A DNA stretch of 64,000 nucleotides, taken from Klebsormidium nitens. Lineage: Eukaryota; Plantae; Klebsormidiophyceae. Both the position numbers and the translations under genes were made by a program. This document shows, one piece after another, positions 24,901 to 37,600 of this stretch (the stretch's first letter is position 1; the number at the start of each line of letters is the position of its first letter). The stretch is from contig DF236966.1 of NCBI GenBank assembly GCA_000708835.1, positions 310,001 to 374,000 of the forward strand, written 5' to 3'. The notes beneath the pieces were generated by a model that saw only the letters and a program-made list of their open reading frames with translations, was not told where the DNA came from and made no database searches.

Positions 24901-27453
24901 CTGTACAAATTCTTATGTGACTTACTTTTGTTCAACTTTTTAAATCTCCGATCATCTTATGGCAGCCCGTATTTTCGACCGAGCATTGCTCAATAATTGC
25001 AACTGTTCTGACCGAAGATGGCGTTGTTCAGCAAGCGTTTCTCCTCCCCTGCTCGGATGCTCCCCAAGGTTATTTGTCGTTCATCCACTTATTTATGCGC
25101 GTCAGTTAGATGCGAAACAGACTTCAAAACGCCGGCGAGTCGAATATTGCGGGCCCCTAAGTCAGTAGTATAGGTACACTGAGGTCTGCAAAAATCCATG
25201 GCCAGTCCCTGTTTGTCTCGTTGTGGTGTATTAACGTCTGCCCTTCCAAGTAGCCTTCGCCCTCACGTTACAGCAGCATAAATACGTCTCGAAGGCGCTA
25301 TTAGTATTCTTCCACGTCGAATACTACTTTGATTATAAACTTTCTCGAACGCTTCCTTCATCTTTCCCATTGTGGCGAGTCGTAGAGTGCATGCTGGCGA
25401 GTTGCTTGCAGTCGCCAGCCTGAAACGCTCGGGATTTGAAGCGGGAACTTACTCGTCGTTCTACAAACACCAAGATACCCCGAACTCTTGGAATAAGAGC
25501 CTTTTACAGGGCCGAGTTGGAAGTGAAGGGCTTGAAAACTGTGCTCTGTATCCTACAGACGTTGGACGACTTCGCCGTCTTCCTGAGAGAAGGGGACAGC
25601 ACGTTTCGTGCACGCTTCGCAGCGCTCTGCGATGACCAAGTCGGAGTGGATCCGAGGGACCTGGAACGTCTCTGGTTGGGAGCAGACTTTCTGCTAAAGC
25701 CGTACGTGAAGCCGGCTGCGGGGACGAGCAAGGTGTTCTTGGACGCTCCTTATCACACCATCATTTTCAAGGTAAGGACATCTTAAAGGACTTTCCCGTA
25801 CCGCTTCAGCGCACCGTTTTTGAGGTGATCTTAGAAAGGGGTTGCGCCTTCGGAAATGCCATTCTTTTTTCCTTCTATCATGTTGCCAAAGATACAGCCC
25901 TTTTCGAGCATGCTTTTGCAGAAGGCGGAACGCTTCATTATGGTCCCTTCATGTTTCATTGTGGTCCCTTCAGTTTAAGTGGACAAGGCGTTTGGCGCCA
26001 TGGCTAAACGATCCGACGAGCCAACTGACGTGATAACCTGCTGCTCACTTTTCTGGGTAACTTTTCGGTTGCGGCACTAAGCGGGGCAATTGGTCGGTAA
26101 TACTCTCGAAGGCACCATGTCGTTATCCAAAGCTTTCGAACGAACGCCGCAAATCCCTCAGCGTGTGGAGACAAGAATGAACATTCTGGAAACGTTACTG
26201 CAATACGAGAGCGGCCTGACTGTCAGACCCTGGGATCTGAGACAAAACCAATATGTAGAAGGCTGGTTACAAGGGAAAGCGCAATCTATCACGGAATGGC
26301 ACGTTGATCTCGGTTTCTCCTATTGGCCGGCGATCAAAGCGCTGTGTTTCTTTTGGCATGCAGACCTTGATCGACGGGAACGGGAAGCTGGACACGTCCA
26401 AAGTCAACAACTTGCAGTACCCGGTTGCGGTATACCACAAAGTGGCCCATGAGTAAGTTGCAAACAGATCCCGACCTGACGTATTTGAAAAGGTGGTGTG
26501 CAACTTTCGCTGTCATCTTCCTTCTAGCGAGAGCAAATGGTCAGAAAGAGGTGCACGAGATCGGTCAGATCTTGCCTCTCTTTGTTAGAGAGGGTTAACC
26601 GCCCGCGCCTTTGCCGTAACGCTTCGACTGAGCATTCCTTCCGCATGTACTCGCTGTATGGTGCTTCGGTTTGCAGATAGATGTTCCCCGTTGGCAGTCT
26701 GCTGTTGCGCAGTTACTCTGCAATAGTGGGAGAAGACATAGTTGAAACACCTCAAAGGAAGTACATGACGTCCACTCATGGTTTCCGTCTTTCCAGGTCG
26801 GCATGATTTTCTAAAGCTCGGATTGTTCCTCTGCTGACAAAGGACAGTCCCTGGTTTGGATGAACTTCTCTCCAAGCATTTTGCATTCTGGTAAACCTTG
26901 CTTGCCGACCGGTACTGCTTGGCAGGTCCCCTCTAGATGTTTTCTGAAGAACCTGTGTTCAAATCTTCCTGCTTGGTTGAAATCCCTCGTTGGTCCAAGT
27001 TTTCGAAGGGCTTGACATTCTTATTTGTCCTTTTTATCCTGCCTGACTGCATTATTTTGCCGCAGGTTGAAGACCTTTGGTGCATCATACAAGCGAGAGA
27101 AGGCGTCAAAGGGGCCAAGGGACGCTTTCTCCGACGACACACTTGGTCGGGAACTAGAAACTACCATGAACGCGTTGCTCAGTGTCATGCCGGCGTGTTG
27201 GCAAAGGACGGCCTGGATTCAATGGCTGGCCAGCCTCCAAACCCCTGAGTACGCTGCTGAGGCGAGCGCAACGGTACAGAGACTTGCCGAGCAAGTAACT
27301 CCGGAGGCGCGGGACATGGCGGACGTGCTTTACCTGGTTCACTGCGCGGTAGCACACCGATCACGGCTTTTGGTAGAGGTTCTGGATTCTTTTCCAGCAA
27401 CCTTGGAGATCCACCGGGGCATCTTGTCGTCGTTGTCAAAAAAACCAGATTGA
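21962..27453 (+). pseudogene. Multi-exon P-loop NTPase (STAND/AAA+-like) gene with disabling lesions; 5' end uncertain (possibly ~21.5 kb)
   Basis: Exon-like segments 21962-22145, ~22298-22490, 22585-22817, 23171-23413, 24077-24571, 25510-25771, ~26090-26452, 27066-27453. Splicing 22817 to 23171 builds Walker A LLVSGLAK|FGKS. Walker B FYLALDELQ and sensor-like VAVTGSG lie in the 24077 exon. There is an in-frame TAG at 23252-23254, a frameshift near 26370, and a phase mismatch near 22298. Confidence 0.6.
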
Positions 27454-28679
27454 TTTCGACACTGGCCTTTGAATAAATAATTGTAACCAAATGTCTTTTC
27501 CCCATTTTTGTTTTACAGAAGACAGCAATTGAATGATCAGTCAGTCGGACTGTATTCAAGACCTTGATACAGTGTATGAACGACAGCCAGATCGCATTCC
27601 TGCCTAAGCCGTGGCGGCCGCTTTGGTGCAACGTGTACCAATTGCACGAAGATTGTCATTAGTCAGGACATGCCGAGAGAGACTTGAAGCTTGAGGCAAA
27701 GTAGATGTTCCAGTTGCTGCATGCAAGCAGTGGCCGGACTGGGTCCATGGTCAAGTTAGTCCGGATGAGATTTAACGGTCGATCGTTTGTGGCCAGGCCC
27801 TGGAGCCCGGAGCCAGATTCCACTTTGATGCGGACGGTCATACCGTATCTGCTCGCATGAAGGCCGGGTTGCTCATAGTACATAATGAACGCGTGCGTGT
27901 GTCTCCCATGTCAGTGGCAGGTGTCACGCGGTGGTCGCTTGCCAGACACTCGCTTATAAGCGGACAGCGGCAGAGGACGTACGGCCTGTATAGCGGCCCA
28001 TGTGCCATTATGGCATGGCGCCATGTGAATCAGTGAATCATACTAAGTGACTTTTGAAGATCAAGGTAGGGACATATATCGCATAATAGTGATTTGGACT
28101 CAGTCACGCGCGTGCATCAGGATGACGAGCGTCCCCACATTGACAACTGACATCATGCAGCATCGCCTGGAGTTTGCGGGAGAGTTTGAGGCATTCACTG
28201 AGGATCGGCATGCGGCCCGGTGGCAGACCGACCCGCATTGTACGTAGCGATCAACGTATTGTGTACGTCCGACCGCGCCTCGTATGCAGGGCAAGGCCAA
28301 GTTGGTTATGATTGTTCAAGCCATGCATGCAGGCGGAAACGGCCGGCTCTCTTCTCGCAGAAGGTGCGGCAACATGAATGTCGGATGAGATCGTACTGAT
28401 ATGGCGGTCGCGCTGGCATAGACCCCATTTTATGGCCCCAGAATGTCCAGGGTGTTGACTCGGACTGATCAATATGTTAGAGCTGTGCCAAGGTCTGGCC
28501 TGCCGCCTAACGAGTGTCACTCCGTTGCCAAGATCTATCGACTGGTGAACATTATCTAGCCCAGGCCCTTAATAGACGGGTCCGTGACGGGCGCAACGGT
28601 CGACTTGACACAACAATCTTCGAGTAGTTTGACGGTCCGCTTTGAATCGCGTGGAACAAGAGAAGGCTGCAAACCTTCA

Positions 28680-31600
28680 CTATATCATGTCGTGACCAAA
28701 CCCTCCCTTGCTGACGCTGCTTTGCAGCAAGTCCCGTACTCCCTCGATGATCTCGAGCCCTTCCGTCCGGATGTCCAGACGGGGATTGACTAACTGCATC
28801 AGAACACAACGGTTGCAAACGTTCAACTTTTACGGCTTAGTTGACTCGCTTTCGTTACCTCAACAAAATGAAAGACCCAGATTCAAACATTCTCACGCGA
28901 AAGAAGCATTCGAGAATCGATCGTGACAGATAGATCTGTAGTAGATTCCAGGGACGCCTAAACTTGCAGGGCTCGGGAATTCAGTGCTTAGAAACTGAAA
29001 TCTGGGCATGCAGATTTCTCATGCTCTACCTTTGCTTGTAGCAACGCTTGCAGCTCGTTCCGCAGGCCCTTGATCAGTGTCGCCGTGAGGCGGTCGCTTG
29101 TGAACATGACGTAGCCATCGAACATCCTGTCAAGAGGAGCAGGCGTGTGAGAATGACGTCACCAGGCGTCATTGTGACGTGTGCTGGCTTACGCTCGAAG
29201 GACCTGATTGAGCGAGACCGCGAAGCATAATCCTGTCCCGACGAATCTGGCCGCGGGCAAAGGCAACAGGATGCAGTAACGAGAGGTGCGATACTTGACA
29301 AATCGAGAGCCGCGCAATAAGAGGAATCAGAAACAAGCCCCGCACTATGATTGATAAAAGAGGAGGAAAAACCGCCCACTCGACTCGCACACCGTGTGAA
29401 CAGCGGAACGTCAAGTCATGAGGAGAGCGAACGGAAGAACATCGAAAACTGAAGGCTTTTTGAAAGCAGAAAAAAGGAGAAATATCGGCACTTAGGGCGT
29501 TGTTCGGCTCACTTGAGCAGCCCTGAGCCCTCTTCGCTGTCAATGTGACCGCCGAAGACGACAAGCGACAGGTCGCACACGGGAGTGGAGTCCCGCACAT
29601 AGATCTTGGCCGTCTTGATCTGGATAGAGAGACATGATGTCGTTCAGGGACAGCTCGGGCATTTCGCCCTAGCCCAACCATTTTTTTTGCCGCACGGGCA
29701 AAATCGAAATCTATTTTCGGATTATCTAACGAAATCTGCGACCTCACATGCACGTGTGTAACATGTGTCGTGCGGCTCGTCTTCTGATAGCACTTTGAAA
29801 GCGACGTCAGAAAGCACCGCGCTCGAGCATCCGCGTACTGAGTAACTGAGTCCGAGATCAAATCTCGGGTGTGCCGTCCGGAATGTTCCGACACAGGGCG
29901 CACCAGTCTTAAGGTACCTTACGAGTGAGAACGAGGAGACCGACCAGCTTCTCCTCGGCCAGGAGGGCTTCTCTTTCTAAAGGTGCCTTATGCTGCAATC
30001 TAACCCTGGGTGCAACTGGTTCGCCAAGCGAGGCGACACACCACAAGAAACAGGGTACACACGAAGTAGCAACCTCTGGTTTGGACATACCCCGGCACTT
30101 CCTGTACATCAGCTTCTCTTCTGTCCTGACATGTTAAGATGCCAGGAGCCGCTTTTCAGAGAATCCAAGTTTGAAATTCGGAGCATGCGGCGCACCTTGT
30201 TGGAGAAGACCATCCAGGGCATCTTGTACTCGTTGCGCCTGTGGTTGACGGACATCGGGTGGATGTCCACGTCAGCAGCGTCCATGTCCTTAAATGTGTA
30301 CGTCACGCGCCCATACGCCTTGTCGCGCTGCGCAGAAAGAACCACCAGGGCTTTGCTCTCGCATTGTAGCTCGATTCAGAAGCTCGAATGAACGTTGAAC
30401 AGTCAGAAAGGGCTCCTTCTCGAGCAAAACGCAGTGAAGCTGTCAGGAAGGGTGTCTTGTCAATACCGCATCTCAAGAAAACTATAGCCAATGTCCTGGA
30501 ACGTGCTTTGCACTTGCAGCTAAACGTCAGGCGCCCGTACGCCTTTCGTTCCTTTGCGGCCAATCCAGCTCGCGCGCAAAGAGTATCAGCAGCCGGCCAA
30601 CGTCTTCGTTACAGCCACACAAGAGAGAGGAGCAGACAAATACGGCCGAAGATTTTCTGTCTGCGTGCCCTATGTCCGTAAGGGATCGACGTTAGCTCCG
30701 AACTAGGAAGATGGACCGTAAGGAGCCGCAGAACGCCAACAATATAGATACGACGCTCAGTAAGACGGTCTCACGCTCCGGCAGAGCGGCTCATTTAGCA
30801 TAAAAAGTGAGCGACCGCTGGAGCAACAAGGTTTGAGTCGCAAGGAAGATCACGGGCAGAACAAAAACCAAAGCCGAAAACCAAAGGGAATGCACATGTT
30901 AAGAACGAAGTATACGGGCAACTTATGCAGCGACAAATCAAGTGACACTTGCGAGACAGGATTCAGTCTCTACCGTTCAGAGCGCTAACGAAGCTGTCAA
31001 TACGGAGCTTTCGGACGTAGCCGTCATCGGACGTCATCGGACGTAGCCGTCTTTCCTAAGAACATTAGACCAAGAAGAAAATTTTGCCAGAGAACGCAGC
31101 CCTCACGTTTACGGCGACAATCTGCGGGTAGAGGCCGGAGCAGAGCACGGCCCGGACAAGGTACGTGTCCGCAGCGTATTCGTTGTACGCTTCCCAGCCC
31201 GTCTGGCGGTCCACGAAGCCCATGTCCGTCAGAATGCGCGCGTACTGCCGCCGCAGGATGTCGATCTGCAGGGAAGGGGTTCTTAATAGGCCTGTCTTGA
31301 CGGTCTTCCTCATTGATTTCTAAGCAGACGAGTCGATTGGGGCTTTCCGTAAATCCAACATGTCAATTGGTGACTTATCGTGTCCTGCCCTTATTAAACA
31401 TAAAGACATCACGAAGATTCACTTTCCGCGTAATCAAGTGTTTCCTCCTCCTTTTTCCAAAGCCAGCTTCGATTGAACATCACTTGGCAACTGCTCTGTC
31501 CGGCCTGGGTTACCTTCTACATCGCCAATTACACACGAACCCGACAGCTTTTACTTCCGTCATCAAAACCGAGCAGAAAGAAAACGCGTTCCTCCCCACC

Positions 31601-34600
31601 TGGTTCATCGTCGCATTCGACAAGAAGTACTCCTTGCAAAAGTCGAGCTCCATCCCCCTCGCTCTTGCGCGCGTCCACCCCTCGAACGCACGCACGAGTG
31701 CCACGTGGTCCGACTCCGTGTTTCCCGCCAGCGCTAATTTCGCCTCGAGCGCCGCCCACTTGTGCGTCCCGGGCACGGAGAACGGGTCCTTGTGTGAAAG
31801 CCCCGCAGCAATGGTGAGAATAGGCCCCAGGCACTGGAATGTGGCGCCCATTAACAGCATCTTGCCCAGGCGGGGGTCAATGGGCAGCTCGGAGAGGTGC
31901 TTGCCTGCGGATGGGAAGAAAATTGAGTTCATATAATGGCAACTTCCCAAAACAAGTAGACAATCTACTGTCTGGTCTTGTTGGCCGCCCTTGCTTTACT
32001 GCGAAATGGGGGTTTCGTGCCGGCCTCGCAAGCCCCTTTGGTCCTTTCTCTTGCGGTGGTGAGTGCACCGCTCAAAACGTAGAGGAGAAGTGCGCATGCT
32101 TGCTTCTTTGCAGTCAGTCCCAAAAAAGCTTCACTGTTTACTATGTTGTTGCAAAAACCAGGGGGCCACTTGAAAGTCTCAACAGCTGAGCAAGGCATCC
32201 GCCAACAAGGCAAGCAAGACTGCTCAAATGCTCAAATGCGCGATTTGTACGGTCCTGCAGCTCGTCTTCGTCACAAATCAAAGCGCATACCGAAGACGTT
32301 ATGAAGTCAGGCAGTGATGCAGGACTGGGTGCGGTGACGAAGTCTTCCGAAGCAGTCAGTTGTCCAAGCCCCCTCGTCTCACTCGAGTGCTTGGGAACGA
32401 AAAATGTTGGTTCAGAAGTCCGGTAAGATGGAAACAGAAGTTTTCAGTTGGCCTCCACTCTTAGCGAATATCTGGACGGTCTCTGATGAGTGACACGAAG
32501 CGAAAAAGGTTTGGAGGGCTCACCGAGGGGGGTTAGGTTCTCTTCCCGGTCAACCGCCCCGATACTCTGCAGCATCTTGACCCCGATCGCGATGGTGCGC
32601 TTGTCGGGGGGCTCCATGGCGCGGGACAGAATGCTCTCGATGCTTGTTGGGCCCATGATGGGCTCCAGGCTTTTCACCTGCAACGAGAGTAATAATCTGC
32701 TGTCTGATGTTGTTGTGTGTTACTGTTCATCATTTAGGGGGCAGATAATATGAGCTTAAAGAAGGCTCCATGGGGCGCGATGGGATGCTCAAGCTGCTGT
32801 TTTGGGGCCGAGAATGGGCACCCAGAATCTTCGCCTGCACAGAGCCGCGTAGCGCTTGCCTGTCAGAGACTGTGCGTTACTGGTGCTTAAATTCTACAAC
32901 AAGTTTGTCGACGTGGACTTGGCAGCAGAAAGAACATGTATGCCGCTCATCAGACGCCAGCCACTGCACCTGCGGCGCGACTAACTTTCGCCAGTATGCG
33001 ACGGAGTTGGGTTACCACCGACATTTTGATAGATAAGACCGCTTCTGACCAGAGCTACTAGCGAAGTGTAGCGCTGCAGATGATGAGAAGATTGTCGACA
33101 GAAGAGAGCGTTACGGAGCTGGTCTTCAACGGAACGACTCAATAGCGCTCTAAACAAGCTTACCCGGAAGCCAGATGACAGTTGCAACTAGGATGCAACT
33201 AGAAGTACGATGTGCGATGGGGCCTAACCTGTAGGCACAGCTCCTCGAGCGGCGTCCTGAGCATCTCGGGCGCCGCATAGTCCGCCATCTTCTTGTTGTA
33301 CATCAACTGCGGATACAGGTGGTAGCAGATCCCCGGCTGCACGCGCCCCGCACGGCCTCGCCGCTGCACGGAAAAGCACGCACGTCAGCAGCCTGTTCAT
33401 ATGACGTCAGCAATCCTTTGTTTCATGACGTCAGCAGCATTCAATCGGTGACGTCATCCCGTTGGGAACCCGATGTTTAGGACCCTTTCTTGATCTTCAA
33501 CGGTTCCTGGGCGCTTGAAGTGTGACCTTAGAAAAAAGAAACGATCCGCAATCCTCTGACAGTACATTCTACTGTAATGTCTGACAGTACATTTCACTGT
33601 AATGTCTAACGTAAAATTGGCAGGACGTCAACAATCCAAATCTAGTAGCTGGCATGCAATCGTCAGCCCGAGCCTTGAGGGATCGTTGCAAACTGATGCA
33701 TGACACTCTTCGTCCTCACCTGCCTGGCGGACGCTTTCGAAATCCAGGTGGTGTCAAGGCTGGACAGCTTGTTGAGCGGGTCGTAGCGGTGCTCCTTGGC
33801 CAGCCCGCAGTCAATGACGTGGACTACGTCATCGATGGTTACGGACGTCTCTGCCAAGTTTGTCGCCAAGACGATCTTTCGAACGCCCGGCGGGGGCCGA
33901 TCGAAGATGAGCTTCTGCACAAGGAGCGAAGCGAGAAAGTTGTTACGTCTGCCTTTTGCACTCTTCGCCTGCAAGCTCAGAGGGGTGCACGAGGCAGCTC
34001 GTGGTTCTACCCGAGCTACAATTGCTGCCCTGCTGGGATCAAAGAACACTCCACTTTTCTCGCGTAACCAGCACTCAGAAGTGGGATGTGCGAATCGTAG
34101 CGACGGGAATAGCGCATCCCATATTTATTGCTCGTCAACGCCCTCTTTTGAGAATCCTAGCACCCCCCCACGCACCTGGCTGGCCCCCGGCATCTGCCCG
34201 TGCAGCGCCATGATCTGCACCTTCCCCTGCGCCTCCAACCTCGACAACCTCGGGTTCTTCCTCAGCGCATCCATCAGATCCTGGATATCTTCCCACCCAG
34301 TCAGAAACACCAGGACCGCACCCTCGGGGGCCATGTCTTTGTACGGGCGCATCGGGCCGAGGTGTCGGTCGCGCGCGGTCAGCACCCGGGGGGACTTCCC
34401 GGCCCCTTTCCCGCAGCAGATGTGACAGATGAGGGCTTCTACCAGGGCGAGATCGGGGCCAAGGGTCTCGTCGTCGTTGAAGCGGGCGATGGACTGCTGG
34501 ACGTGGCGGGGGTAGTCGGGGAACATCTCCTGAAGTAGAAAGGAGATGAGAGCTTTTGCTGAACAGAACGCTTGGGAAATTAGAAACCTCCGGCGATTGG

Positions 34601-37600
34601 TAAATGAGCGGGGGAACTGCTGGACGTGACGAGAGAGTTTTACTGTTTTCTTCTCCACAGTTGCTTGCAGCTAGTCGGACGTTCAACCAGCTATGTCAAC
34701 TCTGAAAGGGGACAGACGAGGACGAAAGGTTCGAGCCGCTGAAGTCCAACGTGATCATCACTGGGTTCTGAAAAAGATCAGAGTCAACGAAACCCGCTGC
34801 AAGTTGCCAACAAATACTGCTTCAGACGAACGAGGCTCTCGAATACCAGCCTGCCATTCTGAATCGAGGGCGTCTGGCAGCGAAATATGGGCCAGCGACC
34901 AATGTTCGTCAAGAACGTCTGGTTTCAAGAGAAGTCCTTAAGTTTGTCAGAAACGCAGGAGCCCTTTCGGAGCCTCCTTACCGGCTTGAGTTCCAGCGGC
35001 TTGTGCGGGTTATAGAGTTGATAGCGCCAGTGGTTACGCTTGTCGTTCTCCCGTTTCACCAGAGTGTACCCCGTCAGTTGCAGCACGTCCTCCAAGTACA
35101 AACTCTCCACCGGGTGCGTGAAGCCCTGTCAAGCAGCAAACCTGAGGCGGGTCATCAACAGGTTAATGTGACCGCCTGGTTAAGAGATTCTCGATTGTTA
35201 TTACTTGTCGTTTCCCCATTTGAGCCGAGTGTTCCTCATTAGTTGCAGTAAGTCCTCCAAGTACGAATCCTTACCGTGTGCGTGATGCCCTGGAAAGCAA
35301 CAAAGCAAGGCGGGTTAGCGGCCGGTTTATGAAGCCGCGGAGCTGGAGAGACCAACTCGATGTTGTTGAGCGCTCGGAGGCGTCGAGGTTACGATTAAGC
35401 AACGTTTCAGGATGCGTGATTTCTTGTTGCCCGCAACCCGTACGAGAAAAAAGCGTTGACAACAATATTACAACCGTAGCAAATATGCCTGTGTTCCTGA
35501 TGCACGTACCGATTGTCTCAACCTTTCGCACAAACAAATCTAGAAACTTCATTCAAACTATGCCGCAAATCAACGATAGCGCCTCACTCGCAAAATCAAC
35601 AAAGACGTTTCAAAGTGTAGCTAATGTTCCCTGTCCCTGACAACACTGAGCTGCTTAGATGCGACCTGGCTCGTTAGCATTTTCCAGGAGCTACCTTCTG
35701 GTGAAAATCGTGCTAGGGACCGGAACAGTAAGCCGCGGCCCCGGTCAAGCAAGGACGTTCAGCGGCCGCTTAGGCGGACTGCGGCCATGTCCGGTGCCCA
35801 CGCTCAATATTTTTGTACCGTTATTGCAACGTTCAAGCCACACAGCTGGACCGAAGCTGACGTCAGCACAACTGAGTGAAGTCAGAAGGGGTGCACATAC
35901 CGGGATGTGCATGACGGGAGCATCGCCGAAGTAGTGGGAGAAGAGGCGGGCGTTCAGAGTGGCGCTCATCAGGACCTGCAAAGGGTACGGAAACTTTTGG
36001 TCTTACTTGCATTGTTATTGTGGTCTCTTTAAGAATAAGGTCTCCTCGATAGTCTCCTTAGGAATCTGAGAGAAACACGAGACCAGGCATTCAGAATGAA
36101 GATCTACATATTAACGGACGGCTTCAGTCGCTCCTCACGAGCAGCCGACCAAAACGCTGCCCTATGTGTGGCACAAAGGGAGGCTCGTTTAAACAAGGAT
36201 TGCATAACTCTCGGTCGATGTTCATCACAATCGCACTCTGCGCTACACTCCTTGAAAGCAACCCTTCATCGTCGCAGATCGCAAGAACGACTCCTAAATT
36301 GCAGCTACCAAGCGTAAGCTGGACTTATCTCCCGCTGCTAGCCAGTTCCTTGGTTTGCGAGGCTTGACCAGAAAAGGGCAATCAAGAGCCGCATGACTTG
36401 CCTCCTGCTAAACGAGATTATCTCTCGACCAGCCTTGATCAAAAAATGGCCCTCAAGAGCCGCAAATCCGGCGGCTTAGACAGAACAATTAGCACCACGA
36501 TGAGCAAAAATACTGCGTCGCACCTGCGTTCTGGATCCGACTTGTCTCCGCAAACTGACTTGCTCCAACCAGAATTAGTAAACCTCAAGAGAAAGAGCAC
36601 TCACGAGCCGTAAGTCCGGTCGCTTCGGCAGAATGTCCCGCAGCACGATGAGCAGAAAGTCCTCGTCGCGGCCGCGCTCGTGGATCTCGTCCACCATGAT
36701 GTGGGTCACGTGGGTCAGCGCGGGGTCGCTGATCTGCAACAAGTCGGTGAGAAAGAGAGATCAGCACAGGAAAGAAGGATAGTGTTGTTATGCCAATTGA
36801 GGGCAAGAGATGCGGCAGAGGGACTGGAATCTTTGGGACCAAGATCCTTTCCCTAAATTTAAGTCAGATGGTCGGAAACCATCTGAATAGGAGAACCGAG
36901 AACGCTTCCACCATTTTGCCAACAGTTTCGAAATGTGACTCAACATTTTAAATGTTTATGCAGTGGTACCGTGCCCAAAATCCGAACGCCTCCGTATTTA
37001 GACGGCCGTTGTAGAATAACATACATGCGGAAGGAAACCGCCGCTAATCGGCGGGTCAAGAGCCGAACTTTCACACAATCGGTACCGACTTTTGAAGCTC
37101 GCACGATCCACATACTCGCAACCCGACCTTGCTGGAGTAAGACCATAGTCAAAGTTTCCTCACCATCATCCGTAGGAGCACTCCGGTTGTGCAGTACAGC
37201 AGCCGCGTGTACGCACTCCGCCGCTGGTCCAGCCGTACCGCGTAACCCACCGTGTCTCCTACCTGAGCGGAGGAAACCAAGTACCTTTCATGAGCACTTT
37301 TGCACGATGCATTTTTTGAGAAACGACCGTGTGACCCACCGTTTCTCTACCTGCTCATGGGAACCACGTACCGTACTACGAGCAATTTACAAGTTGCAAG
37401 TTTTTGAAGTGACACAATCCACTTCGACCTTTGAATTCTCATCATCAGTAAGCTTTTTCAGATGACCTCGATAGAGTTCTTTTCGGAAAGAGGCGGAACA
37501 TTCACGTTCTGTAGATTTCGAGCGAGGGCCCGTTCATATCACAAAAGTCCCGTGTTCTACTGCAAGCTGTGAATCAATCGCATCCTACCCTAATACGGTG

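Noticed and set aside
29900-30060. Possible extra helicase exon ([20 protein letters not shown])
   Set aside because: The expected OB-fold continuation is found at 29619-29513 in the correct phase without it.
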